DNA of 64,000 nt, from the IMG/VR virus record IMGVR_UViG_3300025011_000016. One strand, given 5' to 3'. The notes beneath the pieces are model-generated. The model did not search any database, had not been told where the DNA came from, and saw only the letters and a program-made list of their open reading frames with translations. The position numbers and the translations under genes were made by a program. Below, one piece after another: positions 39,296 through 49,602 of the stretch. Source of the stretch: a virus. Lineage: Duplodnaviria > Caudoviricetes. Each line of letters begins with the position of its first letter. The first letter of the stretch is position 1.

Positions 39296-42200
39296 TTATG
39301 AATTGAGTTCATCGAAGAAATCCAATGGTATACCTGTTTCTGATGACATATCATCATCAAAATTTTCAACATAATTTTTTGGTGGAATTAACATATCACT
39401 ATGCTTCATTTCCCTACGAGCTTTTTGGATTTCTTCAATTAATTTTATATTATAATCGTCTTGAGTTTTAACACCAACATCTTTAAAATATCCCTTGCTA
39501 TCATCCGAGAGTTCTTCATATAGTTCATCATATGTTAACCCTTTATTACGTTTTTCTTCGTCGGGTATATCTCCCCTGACAAAACCGAATCTATGAAGAT
39601 TATTTCCATGATAGAATACATATAGAACTATTAGATATGACATTATTGAATCGTCATGAAAAGAAGTCCCTGCAGCTATTTTACCAGTTTTAGTTTTAAC
39701 TAGTCGTAATAGATCATCAATAATATTACAGGTAACAAATTTATCTTTAAATTCATTCACATGTCGTTCAAGTAAACTCCTGTCGTGTTAGTAGTATTCG
39801 TTAGATACCACGATAACTTAACCGTTTAGGTTCTTTGAACCGTCCGACCAACGGCGAAATCTTTATTTACGTTAGTTAATAAAGATAGTTTAAATGTATT
39901 ATAAATATTAATAGCCGCATTGTTATCTCTATCATCTATATGTCCACATTGTGGGCAATTAAAGACTCTTTGAGATAACTTCATTTTAGTTTTAACTTTA
40001 TGATTACAAACAGAGCATGTAATGGTACTATTCGGTTCTGCTAAAATATATTCACTACCATAAAAACGACATTTATATTTTAACACCTGCGTAAACGTAA
40101 AGGCTCCAACTCTATGAATACCCCTATTAATACGCTTAATACCATCAGACTCTGTTAATAAATCTTTAAAACTAAATTCATCAACTACTACGTTTCTATA
40201 GGTCTTGGCTAAGAATGTAGATACCTTCTGAATATAATCCATTCTAATATTCACTATTTTGGCGTGAATATCATTAAGCTTGGTTCTCGCTTTTATATAG
40301 TTCTTTGATGGATTACGTTTATCATATTTCTTCTTAGAAACTATTTCCGAAAGCTTATCAGTTTTCTTCTCTAGTTTCTTAATCTTCCCTTTCGGAAATT
40401 TAGGATTTATGATATCTTTTCCATCAAAACAAACTACTGGATTATGTATCCCTAGGTCTATACCTATAGTATTTTTCTCATGGTTATGACTTGGATTATC
40501 TATTTCATATGTGAATGATACATAATATTTAAAATTCTCCATACTAATACTCATTGTTTTCATCTCATGATGATATAAGAAGCTTATATCTTCATATGTT
40601 TTTAATTCCATATGCCCATATTCTCTATTAATAATAAAAGAGAATTTATTTTTATCGAGAATCTTAACAGCAGCTTGCTTAATATATATTCTAAAAGAAC
40701 CATTTCCATGAATCTTTCTTTTGAAATGTAGTTTACATCGCTGCTTATTTTTAATATCTTTAAAGAACTTATTAACGGCTAAGTTAACATCACTAACCGT
40801 TTCATTTTTTATAGACTTATTATATTCTCCAGTCCATTCAAATCCAGGTTCCTTTTCTTTCTTAGAATATATATGAGTAATAAAATCAAATTTATCAAAG
40901 AACTTCCTTAAATCTTTATCTACAATATTACCATTAAATTCTAGGATCTTATTAAAATACTCTAAAGTATTATTATATACAAATCGTCTATAACCAAAGC
41001 ATTTGTTTAAATATGTTACTTGTTCTTTAGTTGGTCGTATTCTTGTTTTAAAAGTCTTAATCAATTTTTATTCACCTCCTTTCTTATATTATTTGTTAAA
41101 GGTATAATATAATTGTATTAGGAATGAATTAGTAAGACTTACGGTTAAGTTATTCTCTAAGTTTCCTTAAAGCACAGACTATATCTTCACCCATTATAAT
41201 AATAATTATAATGGGGCCACCCATTTCGATTTAAGGGATTCTCACCCACTCACTTGAGCCCTACTCCTTTACGGATAGTCGTTGAACCTAAATCTATAAA
41301 TAGATCATTGGCTGCAGATTGTCCAATCTTAAACATTGTTACTTTGTTGTAGTTTAAGCACTAAGGAGTTTCCCGCAATTAAAGTAGTTTCAATTACATA
41401 TTACTATGCAACGTGACTCATACATGAATCATAACTTCTCTGGACTTATCTCCGGTCCAAACACCATATAGTTTTCGTCTAGCTGATTCTAATTTTAACA
41501 TACCTTCTGAGTCAAGTTTATCATCAAGTCCGGATGAAACAAGATCTTTATCATTATCAAAGTATAAATTAGAGCGTATATCTGTTAATTTTAAAGAATC
41601 CATTATGGCTTCACCATTAAAATTACGTTCTATACATAATATAGACTTAGGGATATGATGTTTGATAAGAGTAGTTATAAATTTAATAGTCTGAACTACA
41701 CCTATATATGGTGATTTAAATTCAGCAACAGGTTTTATAGTATATGGGTCAAATACCGTAACGGCAGTATTATCTTTACCATAACCATTAGAGGTATCAA
41801 CTCCAACGAAGTATATCCTATCTTTCTTCAAGGGTTCATATATATCTAATTTAAATAGTTTATTTATAAATATTTCTTCCTTAATTGGCTTCTTCATTTC
41901 TTCAATAGTGGCCAAATCTTCTGCGGGGAAAGGAGATTCGGATGAACCCCTCATTCTTTGAAGGAAGACCTCTCTTTTAATCTTTACTGGATTATTCAGT
42001 AAGATCTGACAGATACTTTTAAACCATATTTCATCTTTACCAAGTTGTTGATATTGGTATTCAATATAGACGATTCCACTTTCAGAATTAATTGCAATAT
42101 ATTCATCTAAATCTTCTTTAGTCCAATCATAAAACTTTTCAGTCCAACGACAAGTTGTAGCGATAATCTTTAATGCGTCCTGACCTGCTGAAGTATCTAA

Positions 42201-44014
42201 ATCTCCCGTTTATATTCATATGAATCGTTAATTCATATAGTCCATACGGACATCCCTAAGTTTCTTTAGGATACTAGACTATATCTTCATCTCTTAATAA
42301 AGTAATTACTCATCAATAAGAGAGTTTCTTATTTCGATTTAAGGGATTTTTTTACCCACTCACTTGAGCCCTACTATTTAGTCGTTGAACCTTTCTCTGC
42401 TTAATAGTTATATTCTTTATTAATGTGATTCCAAAGTTTCCTATGCTTTATTGCAATAATTAGTGCGTAAAAACTATTATTTTCTTTCTTTTCTTTATAA
42501 CCATAAAAATTCATAATTTTCATCATAGATAACTTTTGTGTCAGCATATTACATATTTCTCTAATTGTTTCCTCACTATAAACATTATTATTGTTACTAA
42601 TTCCTCTACAATAATTATTCCCATGATCAACCGCGTGTAAATTATTTTCCGAATATGTTGTCCATTCCAAATTTTCAAAATAATTATTTTCAGTATTACT
42701 GTCTTTATGATTTACAATAATCCTCCCGACAGTTTCATCAAAACCTTTACAAAATTCCCATGCAACTAATCGATGCACACCTATATATCTTCTGACATTA
42801 TCATTATCTCTTAAATGTATCTTAACATATCCATTTTTATCTCTAAAATTAATTTTCCGTATTTTATCTTTCTTAATATCAAACACTTTCCCATAATTAC
42901 TAATCATATACCTATCTTTTTGTATATTCGGATAAGTAACTGGCCTGAATTCTTCCTTTTCCATAGCTATTATAATATGCATAGTATCGATTTCCTCCTT
43001 CTTTTATTAATTAGTTTAATTGAATGTATAATCTTATTTAAATATTAAACAGAGACTTGGCTGCGGATTGTCCAATTCTAAACATTATTATCTTAATCTA
43101 GGTTAATTACTCCCAGCCACTATTATAGAAATATAATAGTTTGATAGTCTAGACTCTAAGAGGTTCCCCGCAATTAAAGAAAATCCTATGTGATATCACC
43201 ATCACATAGCCCTAGTTAAAGGTGTACTTGTGAAAATACGTCCATATTGGGCATTATTCCTTTTGGCATTTTGAGAGGCTGTAAGATATGCTGGACCCGA
43301 TGCTTCAACTATAGTTTTAATAAAAAGGGTAAATTCAACTTCATCACAGTACTGAATCGGCTGAGTTGATCCGCGACCGATACCCTCAGCTCCTTCTACT
43401 GAACGAGCCGATGGTTTGGCAATTATTTTATTATTATTAGTTGGGTTGGAGAGAGATTTGACATTGTCGTCACCTTCTACTTTTTTACCCTCATCATTAT
43501 AAACAACTTTAAATTGTAAATATTTAGGTAATAAATCTCTCTGTTTTTTCATTCGCAACAAATTATCATTAGCATCCTCTTGACGCTTATTTAAAAACAT
43601 CATTTCTGAATTTGTTGTCCCGAACAAAAAGCTCCAATCAATAATTGCCAAAGCAGACTGTGTTTTACCTATTTGACGTGGAATTACCTCATATAAATCA
43701 ATTCCATTTAGGAAACACCAAGTAGCAGCTAAATTCGCCCTATTTAATTGATACGGAATTCCAGTTCCACCTTGATCTGGGATTAAACAAACTTCCCTTA
43801 AAAAATACCATGGATTAACAAGACACTCATTAATTATTCTGAATATTTGTTCGTCGGTTAAAAAAGGGGAGTATGGATCGACTCCCCTTAATGACATATC
43901 ATAGAGTTTCAAAAAGAACATATTATTCTTAATACCAAGTTGTCGTAAATCCATTGCAGTCTGTAGAAATGATATATTTCTGGTGTCTACATCATAATCA
44001 AATTTTCTAGCCAT
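39296..44014 (-). CDS. terL: terminase large subunit, 3 exons, about 685 aa
   Basis: Exons 44014-43220, 42206-41428, 39779-39296 total 2058 nt, in frame. Walker A PRQIGKT, Walker B CDEVEF, coupling motif TSTP|GD, nuclease GVDTSNG..D, ERN and HDDSIMS. Confidence 0.92.
39780..41427 (-). mobile_element. TnpB-carrying group I intron (IStron-like, no tnpA) in terL (intron 2)
   Basis: TGAT|TC pairs with IGS GAGTCA. Full core. The arms ATAACTTAACCGT / ACGGTTAAGTTAT flank tnpB. Ends ...AACACGACAG, and the join gives REVMM|SLLERH. Confidence 0.9.
39826..41064 (-). CDS. tnpB: TnpB RNA-guided nuclease (second copy)
   Basis: Colinear homolog of 9296..10537 with the GIDLG / VDE / DRDNNAAINI catalytic motifs and zinc finger intact. 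Confidence 0.93.
   Translation of the reverse strand: MIKTFKTRIRPTKEQVTYLNKCFGYRRFVYNNTLEYFNKILEFNGNIVDKDLRKFFDKFDFITHIYSKKEKEPGFEWTGEYNKSIKNETVSDVNLAVNKFFKDIKNKQRCKLHFKRKIHGNGSFRIYIKQAAVKILDKNKFSFIINREYGHMELKTYEDISFLYHHEMKTMSISMENFKYYVSFTYEIDNPSHNHEKNTIGIDLGIHNPVVCFDGKDIINPKFPKGKIKKLEKKTDKLSEIVSKKKYDKRNPSKNYIKARTKLNDIHAKIVNIRMDYIQKVSTFLAKTYRNVVVDEFSFKDLLTESDGIKRINRGIHRVGAFTFTQVLKYKCRFYGSEYILAEPNSTITCSVCNHKVKTKMKLSQRVFNCPQCGHIDDRDNNAAINIYNTFKLSLLTNVNKDFAVGRTVQRT
42207..43219 (-). mobile_element. group I intron carrying an HNH endonuclease in P6 (terL intron 1)
   Basis: CCT|T pairs with AGGG. Full core split by the ORF. Ends ...TATAAACG. Confidence 0.88.
42401..42982 (-). CDS. intron-encoded HNH homing endonuclease (NUMOD4-HNH-like)
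   Basis: YMISNYGKV, GYVKIHL, VHRLVAWEF, VNHKDSNTENNYFENLEWTT..EN. N-terminus similar to 25946..26563. Confidence 0.9.
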   Translation of the reverse strand: MHIIIAMEKEEFRPVTYPNIQKDRYMISNYGKVFDIKKDKIRKINFRDKNGYVKIHLRDNDNVRRYIGVHRLVAWEFCKGFDETVGRIIVNHKDSNTENNYFENLEWTTYSENNLHAVDHGNNYCRGISNNNNVYSEETIREICNMLTQKLSMMKIMNFYGYKEKKENNSFYALIIAIKHRKLWNHINKEYNY

Positions 44015-44032
44015 AAAGAGCCACCTTCTTTT

Positions 44033-45274
44033 TTATGACTCATATCCTTTTGGATATTTAATAAATACACCATATTGCTTTTCTTTGATCTGCATTTGTA
44101 TAATACGTTCTCTAGTTTTTTCAAGTTGAGTTTTAAGATTTATCAAAGTTTGTTTCGACTGCTTGACTTTAGTGATATCACCTTTATTAATAATATCAAT
44201 AGATGAATTAACTAGATCTAATTTATCATAGATTCTATCTAAGACATAAATGCGGTCGTCGTTATTTTGAATTTTGTCAACTTCAATTAGAATCATGTCA
44301 ATATCGATCTGACTAATCTTTTTGACATTACCCGCAACATCAAACCAATCAAGGAAGGACTCATTAACTATCTTAAGTTTAGTATCAATGATAAATTGTT
44401 CAGTTACCATATTTTTATAAGTATTAACATCCATACCAAAAAAAGCTTGTTTGATTGAATTAAAAACAACCCTAATGAAATGACTTGGATTTCTATATAA
44501 TTCGGTTTGTATAGCATGTTTTAGTTTATTCTTTCTAAATTCAAGTTCAGTGATATTATCAACACTCCATAGTATAATAGTTTTAACATCACCGTCCATT
44601 TCTCCAGAACTTCTATTAATCAAACTATTCCCTTTAGTTGCAATTAATTTAGTGATGAAGTTATCAAGCTCAGTTCCATAACCCATTTTAACAACAAAAT
44701 TATCTGCGATTCTCTCAGATTGTACGTTGGTATAATGGAAGTTCTTTGAACTACAAGCTTCGGCTATTACTAGATCAAATAATTTACGGATCTTATTGTT
44801 TTCACATAATTTCTTAACGGCATAATCAGTTTGCATTATTTGATAACGCAAAATAGAATTTACTCTTTGGGGAATAGAATTGGAATATACTACATGGCCG
44901 ATTTCATGTAATAACACAGCAGTAATTTCTGCTGGATTTGCATTGAGATTCTTGTCGTATAATATAATGGAATCAATCTCAACAAACCATTCTTTGTTAC
45001 CATTCCATATTTCAACAACAACATCAGCATGAGATTTTTGAGTTAGAATGGCATCAATCATTAAGTTGATAGTATTAATAGTTGGATATATATTCATACC
45101 AAAAAATTGATTCGTATCGTTCTCCACTATAGAGATATTAAATGTTAAATCAAATGATCTTTTGATTATAGTTGATATCTTTGATAAGTTATTAATAATA
45201 TCTACCTTGTCCTTTATAGCCGAAAAACATTTTTCAATCAGTAAGAAATCCTGAGACTTATTTCCTATTGTCAT
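44033..45274 (-). CDS. hypothetical virion-cluster protein with a HEXXH zinc-peptidase motif
   Basis: LLHEIGH plus a downstream E..AD.F..K.GYG..L. Lies between the capsid and terminase genes. Confidence 0.6.
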   Translation of the reverse strand: MTIGNKSQDFLLIEKCFSAIKDKVDIINNLSKISTIIKRSFDLTFNISIVENDTNQFFGMNIYPTINTINLMIDAILTQKSHADVVVEIWNGNKEWFVEIDSIILYDKNLNANPAEITAVLLHEIGHVVYSNSIPQRVNSILRYQIMQTDYAVKKLCENNKIRKLFDLVIAEACSSKNFHYTNVQSERIADNFVVKMGYGTELDNFITKLIATKGNSLINRSSGEMDGDVKTIILWSVDNITELEFRKNKLKHAIQTELYRNPSHFIRVVFNSIKQAFFGMDVNTYKNMVTEQFIIDTKLKIVNESFLDWFDVAGNVKKISQIDIDMILIEVDKIQNNDDRIYVLDRIYDKLDLVNSSIDIINKGDITKVKQSKQTLINLKTQLEKTRERIIQMQIKEKQYGVFIKYPKGYES

Positions 45275-45303
45275 TTTTAAATCATCCTCCTAAAAAGTAA
45301 TAG

Positions 45304-45343
45304 TAAAACGAGAACTCTTCTTATAGAAGAGTTCTCGTTTTTT
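45304..45343 (-). terminator. terminator after the capsid gene
   Basis: AAAACGAGAACTCTTCT / AGAAGAGTTCTCGTTTT. Confidence 0.75.
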
Positions 45344-45362
45344 GCTTTTATACACACAAGTT

Positions 45363-47072
45363 TTAGGCTGTGGTACTGTAGAAGCCGTTGTTGGTCAAAG
45401 AGAATTCTCCTTGAATTGGAAGGACTTCCGTGGTCAAGTAACGGGCAGTTCCCATAATGTTTGGAGTTAATGGGGTCAGCGCGTTGCGGTAAATGTTTTC
45501 GATGTTTAAGCTGTATTTGTAATGCTTAAATGTAATGATTTCCTTACTTAATGGATAAGCGATTATCCTAAGGCCCTTAGACACAGCAACTTTCAATGAG
45601 CTAACAACATGGATTCGGTTTTTGTTCCCGGTCATGACACCGAAACTGTAATCCAACTGGATGCCGCCGATTTTCGTGTTTTCGTCAATTACCCATTTCA
45701 CATCATCTTGAATAAGGCTGATGTTATTCGGATTGCCGTATACAACAAACATGAGGTCCGTGGTTTTCAGCTTAGTTTTCAGCCGATCAATAAGACGATT
45801 AAGATTAAATTTCAACTCTGTGGCAATCCACGAAGAGTTCGTAACGAACACGTTCGCCGGAGGAATACAACTGAATGAGGAAGTTTCAACAAATCCTTCA
45901 GTGTAGCCGAAAGGAAGATTCTTTTTACCTGTCCATTTAGCGAGGCTGTCATCCATGAATGACATAACGGTACTGTCTTCGAACTGAGTTAAGACTTCAC
46001 TCATATCCGCAATGATCTCGGATGTGATATCCAAGTCAAGCAAAGCTTTGTTATCCTTAATTCGCTCAATAGTTAAACCAGTGTTGATTCTCTGTCCGTC
46101 AGGAATCTTCCACTCCATGGTTTCTCTTTCGCGATCGAGTTCGACAGTTTCCATGTTATTCTCGTTGGATAAATGGCCGCCAAATCTTACCTGAGTAATT
46201 TTACCAGCACTAGATGCAACGGATACCAAACCGGAATATTGATCAACTTGTCCCATGATATTGTCTTTGACAATTGCATCATTATCACCGGTGGCCGTAA
46301 CACTGAAGACAAATGAATTATTTGCTCCAAAGTTTGGTTGGATATTTAACCCTGATATGACTTTACTTACTGTCCCAGTTCCTGCTTCATCAGGAACTGT
46401 AATCTTGACAGCTTCAATACAGAAGTCATAAGCCAGCGAATCACGGGTTTCCATAGTCCCGCCTGATAATGTCATAATGGCCAGATCCTGAATAGGTAGT
46501 GTTCCCTCAGTTGGGTAAAACGCCGTGCTGATCAACTTACCTTTTGTTTTCTCAAGGACAGTTTTGTAACTGTCGTCGTAGAAAATATCTGGAATGTAAT
46601 ACTTGGCACCTGCTTTGTCTTTTAGGAATTTCCGCTCGAAGGCGTTTTTGATGATTGGTTTGGTTGGAACTTCGGTCATCACAATGTCTTTGGAATGACA
46701 CTCAATGAAGTTCTTTTTCAAAATAGGCAATGAAATGCCAACAATTGGTGACATATTACCGACAGACGATGCCTCTTTAATGATTTCCAAGGCGGAGTTT
46801 TCAAAAAGCTGTTCCAATTTTTGTGGCAGCATAGCGTAGTAAGGGTCCTCAAAACTTTCTTCTAAAACATCTCCAATGAGGCGTTGTTTATAATCTTCTT
46901 TAAGTGTGTCCACTTTAAGAATCTTTACGAGATCATCAATCGCGTCTACCGAATAAGCGCCCCGAAAACTTTCGAGGAGACTTTTCACTCCGTTTTTAAA
47001 ATCGGAATGTTTATCGACTGTAAAAGAGCCGATTACTGCTGTATGGTTTTTAGCTTCCAAGTATTCGTACAT
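45363..47072 (-). CDS. probable major capsid protein precursor
   Basis: 569 aa with strong codon bias, own late-type promoter and terminator, near the prohead protease. The N-terminal ~100 aa are rich in xxE[S/A] sites like a cleaved leader. Confidence 0.65.
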   Translation of the reverse strand: MYEYLEAKNHTAVIGSFTVDKHSDFKNGVKSLLESFRGAYSVDAIDDLVKILKVDTLKEDYKQRLIGDVLEESFEDPYYAMLPQKLEQLFENSALEIIKEASSVGNMSPIVGISLPILKKNFIECHSKDIVMTEVPTKPIIKNAFERKFLKDKAGAKYYIPDIFYDDSYKTVLEKTKGKLISTAFYPTEGTLPIQDLAIMTLSGGTMETRDSLAYDFCIEAVKITVPDEAGTGTVSKVISGLNIQPNFGANNSFVFSVTATGDNDAIVKDNIMGQVDQYSGLVSVASSAGKITQVRFGGHLSNENNMETVELDRERETMEWKIPDGQRINTGLTIERIKDNKALLDLDITSEIIADMSEVLTQFEDSTVMSFMDDSLAKWTGKKNLPFGYTEGFVETSSFSCIPPANVFVTNSSWIATELKFNLNRLIDRLKTKLKTTDLMFVVYGNPNNISLIQDDVKWVIDENTKIGGIQLDYSFGVMTGNKNRIHVVSSLKVAVSKGLRIIAYPLSKEIITFKHYKYSLNIENIYRNALTPLTPNIMGTARYLTTEVLPIQGEFSLTNNGFYSTTA

Positions 47073-47105
47073 AGTCTATAACACTTCCCTTCAGTTAAGT
47101 TTTTT

Positions 47106-47117
47106 TATTTAAATGTT
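47106..47117 (-). promoter_or_regulatory. late-type promoter AACA-N6-TA upstream of the capsid gene
   Basis: AACATTTAAATA, identical to the site upstream of the sheath gene. Confidence 0.6.
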
Positions 47118-47798
47118 TTAAGAATTAGCGATAAAAACATCTATTTTCTTAAGCATTTCAATATTTACTCTAAATGCCTCAGTAAAAAAGTTATATTGGT
47201 ATAAATTATTAACATATTTATTATTAGAAAACTTAAACACTATAAAATTATATATATGTCTTTTGATTAATACTAAATTGGAAAGAACTTGGGTAAGTAT
47301 TTTATTTATAAAGATATTTGTTTTATCAACATTGGATAGTTTACTGATAGTATTATTAGTTAGATTATACAAATTTATAAAGTCTGTCATAATTATGTTA
47401 TTCTTTTCATTCTCAGATCCATCTTCAGTATCTTCTGGTGTTTCTTCGTCTGGGTTATCAGTAGCGTCACCAAGATCGTCTGGATTATCTGAGTTTTCAT
47501 CACCACCTTCACCATCATCTTCCGTATAATCAGTAGTTTCGTCATCTGTAGTATCAGGGTCTTCATCAGTTTGAGGTTCTACGACTTCATCATCTTGTGT
47601 ATAGTCTGTTGCATCATCTTCTTCGGTATTTGGATCTCCATCACTATTAGTGTCAGGGGGGTCATCTGGTTTATCATCAATACTATCTGTGTAATCATCA
47701 GTTTCTTTATCAGGTTTAATCTGAATTGTTTTAGGAGGTTTTTTATTTTTAGAAGATATTCCAGTTTTTGCCTCCATCAATATATCCAAAAAGTCCAT
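47118..47798 (-). CDS. acidic (Asp/Glu/Thr-rich) hypothetical head protein, scaffold or core-like
   Basis: Long D/E/T low-complexity tract, immediately upstream of the capsid gene. Confidence 0.6.
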   Translation of the reverse strand: MDFLDILMEAKTGISSKNKKPPKTIQIKPDKETDDYTDSIDDKPDDPPDTNSDGDPNTEEDDATDYTQDDEVVEPQTDEDPDTTDDETTDYTEDDGEGGDENSDNPDDLGDATDNPDEETPEDTEDGSENEKNNIIMTDFINLYNLTNNTISKLSNVDKTNIFINKILTQVLSNLVLIKRHIYNFIVFKFSNNKYVNNLYQYNFFTEAFRVNIEMLKKIDVFIANS

Positions 47799-47818
47799 TT
47801 TATTTATAACCCCCTCAG

Positions 47819-49483
47819 TTAATCTAGATAATACTTTATTCTTCCTATATCATGTTCCAGTTTATGTTTTATACGCATTAGTTGATATTTCTTTTCTTTA
47901 TTTCGATCACCCCGAGCATCTTCAATCTTTTCATCACACATTTTTAATTCATTTTCTAATTCATGCAGAATCTCTTGTCTAGCATCACGATCTAATTTTT
48001 GATCAATCGCTATAGCTCCGAGTAATCCTATTACAGCTATAGCGGGGCTTACAGCAAATACAACACCTAAAGCAATACCATTTTTTAATATTTTAAATAA
48101 TTTGGCTTTAAACGCACCTTCAACAATCCGAGTACGTCTTTCATTTTTATCCATATCCTTAACAGCATTAATAGTATTACTAACAAGGGTATCTATGTGA
48201 CCTACAGTTCTTTTTGTGATATTAGGGGTACGCCCCAAATCCGATCCAATTTTTCGTGCACCATGAACTAATTTCTTAACACCCTCTTCATGTTTTAATG
48301 CGAGTTTACGGACAGTACTCTCTTCAAGTATAGCAGAATATTTATCAGAGGTTCTCATTAATTGATTAAAATTCTCTATAGTTACCTGAGATTCATTATC
48401 TCCAAATAATGTAATAAAACCCACACTGAATGCATGTTCTAATGTACCAAGTTCGTCATTATCATCAATAAATAATTCTGTATTAAATTCATCAGCGTCT
48501 TCTAAATCGTCGTCGAGATCTAAATCATCATCATCATAACCAATAATTTGACTACTAGTTGATAAACTTTCTTTTAGATATTTCTTCACCTGCGTAGTAT
48601 CAAGATTCTTTATTTTATAATCAAGTAATACTTTCTTAGCTTCAATTAACGATTGTTGATAATCATTTAATAATTTCTTTTTATTATCGTCCGATGGCCC
48701 TTTCTCAGTTTCAATTGATTGAATTTGTTTATTAATTACGGCTATATATGAATCTATATATTTTATGTTAATTTTATCGGAGATTAATTTATGGACTATA
48801 GCCATAGGTAGGCTAACAATCAATAATACTGATCCTGTCGCCAAAGTAACAGTAAGACCAATAACTAGTAATGTATTCCTAATAAGTATACCTACTAAGT
48901 GCGATGCGGTGACTTTACTTTTATTTGATTTAATATCCCTCAATAACTCTTGGTATTTATCCATAACTTGCGGTTCTGAATTTACATTCTGAATGATCTG
49001 ATCCATATCTTTATTAAATGAAGATTCTAATATAGGTTGAGGTAAGAAATTTAAATGTAAATTATATAAAGCTTCTTTCATTATATATGATGGATCTGTT
49101 TTGTTATTAATCAATGAATCAAGTAATCTTCCACATTCAGTTAATGTTGATATGAATTCAGGATTTAATGTATTTATACTCTCTACAGTTTTATATAGAT
49201 CAAATACTTTAGTTAATCCCTCTTTTTGAACTATCAATTCATTTAGAGTTAAATCATTTGTCTTTAATACAGTTAATAAGAAATCAGCTCCTGATCTGGG
49301 TTCTGAATAAATATATTGAGAATTCTCTAATATACTTTTTAAGTCCTGATGTCTAATGAAATCTAAGTATTTAATAGAATCTACAACACTATAATTTTCT
49401 TTTAATGAATCAAATCTTTGTTTAATTTGAGATGGTTTTTTAGCATCCAATATACGCTGGATATTAACATTCATCATCAACAC
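47819..49483 (-). CDS. hypothetical virion (internal head) protein
   Basis: 554 aa with two hydrophobic segments and several LES/KES/LEE motifs, in the head cluster. Confidence 0.6.
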   Translation of the reverse strand: MLMMNVNIQRILDAKKPSQIKQRFDSLKENYSVVDSIKYLDFIRHQDLKSILENSQYIYSEPRSGADFLLTVLKTNDLTLNELIVQKEGLTKVFDLYKTVESINTLNPEFISTLTECGRLLDSLINNKTDPSYIMKEALYNLHLNFLPQPILESSFNKDMDQIIQNVNSEPQVMDKYQELLRDIKSNKSKVTASHLVGILIRNTLLVIGLTVTLATGSVLLIVSLPMAIVHKLISDKINIKYIDSYIAVINKQIQSIETEKGPSDDNKKKLLNDYQQSLIEAKKVLLDYKIKNLDTTQVKKYLKESLSTSSQIIGYDDDDLDLDDDLEDADEFNTELFIDDNDELGTLEHAFSVGFITLFGDNESQVTIENFNQLMRTSDKYSAILEESTVRKLALKHEEGVKKLVHGARKIGSDLGRTPNITKRTVGHIDTLVSNTINAVKDMDKNERRTRIVEGAFKAKLFKILKNGIALGVVFAVSPAIAVIGLLGAIAIDQKLDRDARQEILHELENELKMCDEKIEDARGDRNKEKKYQLMRIKHKLEHDIGRIKYYLD

Positions 49484-49602
49484 CCCATTATAGTTTTTTA
49501 TTATATATTTGTTGTATGCTAAAAAATAAAGACTTCTTTATAATCGGCCAGTATAAACATTATCATAATGAAACTGGTAATACTGAAAGGAGTAGATGTA
49601 AT

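Noticed and set aside
49516-49602. N-terminal extension of the prohead protease in the ORF track
   Set aside because: This stretch contains the late promoter motif and the GAAAGGAG RBS, so the true start is most likely ATG 49603.
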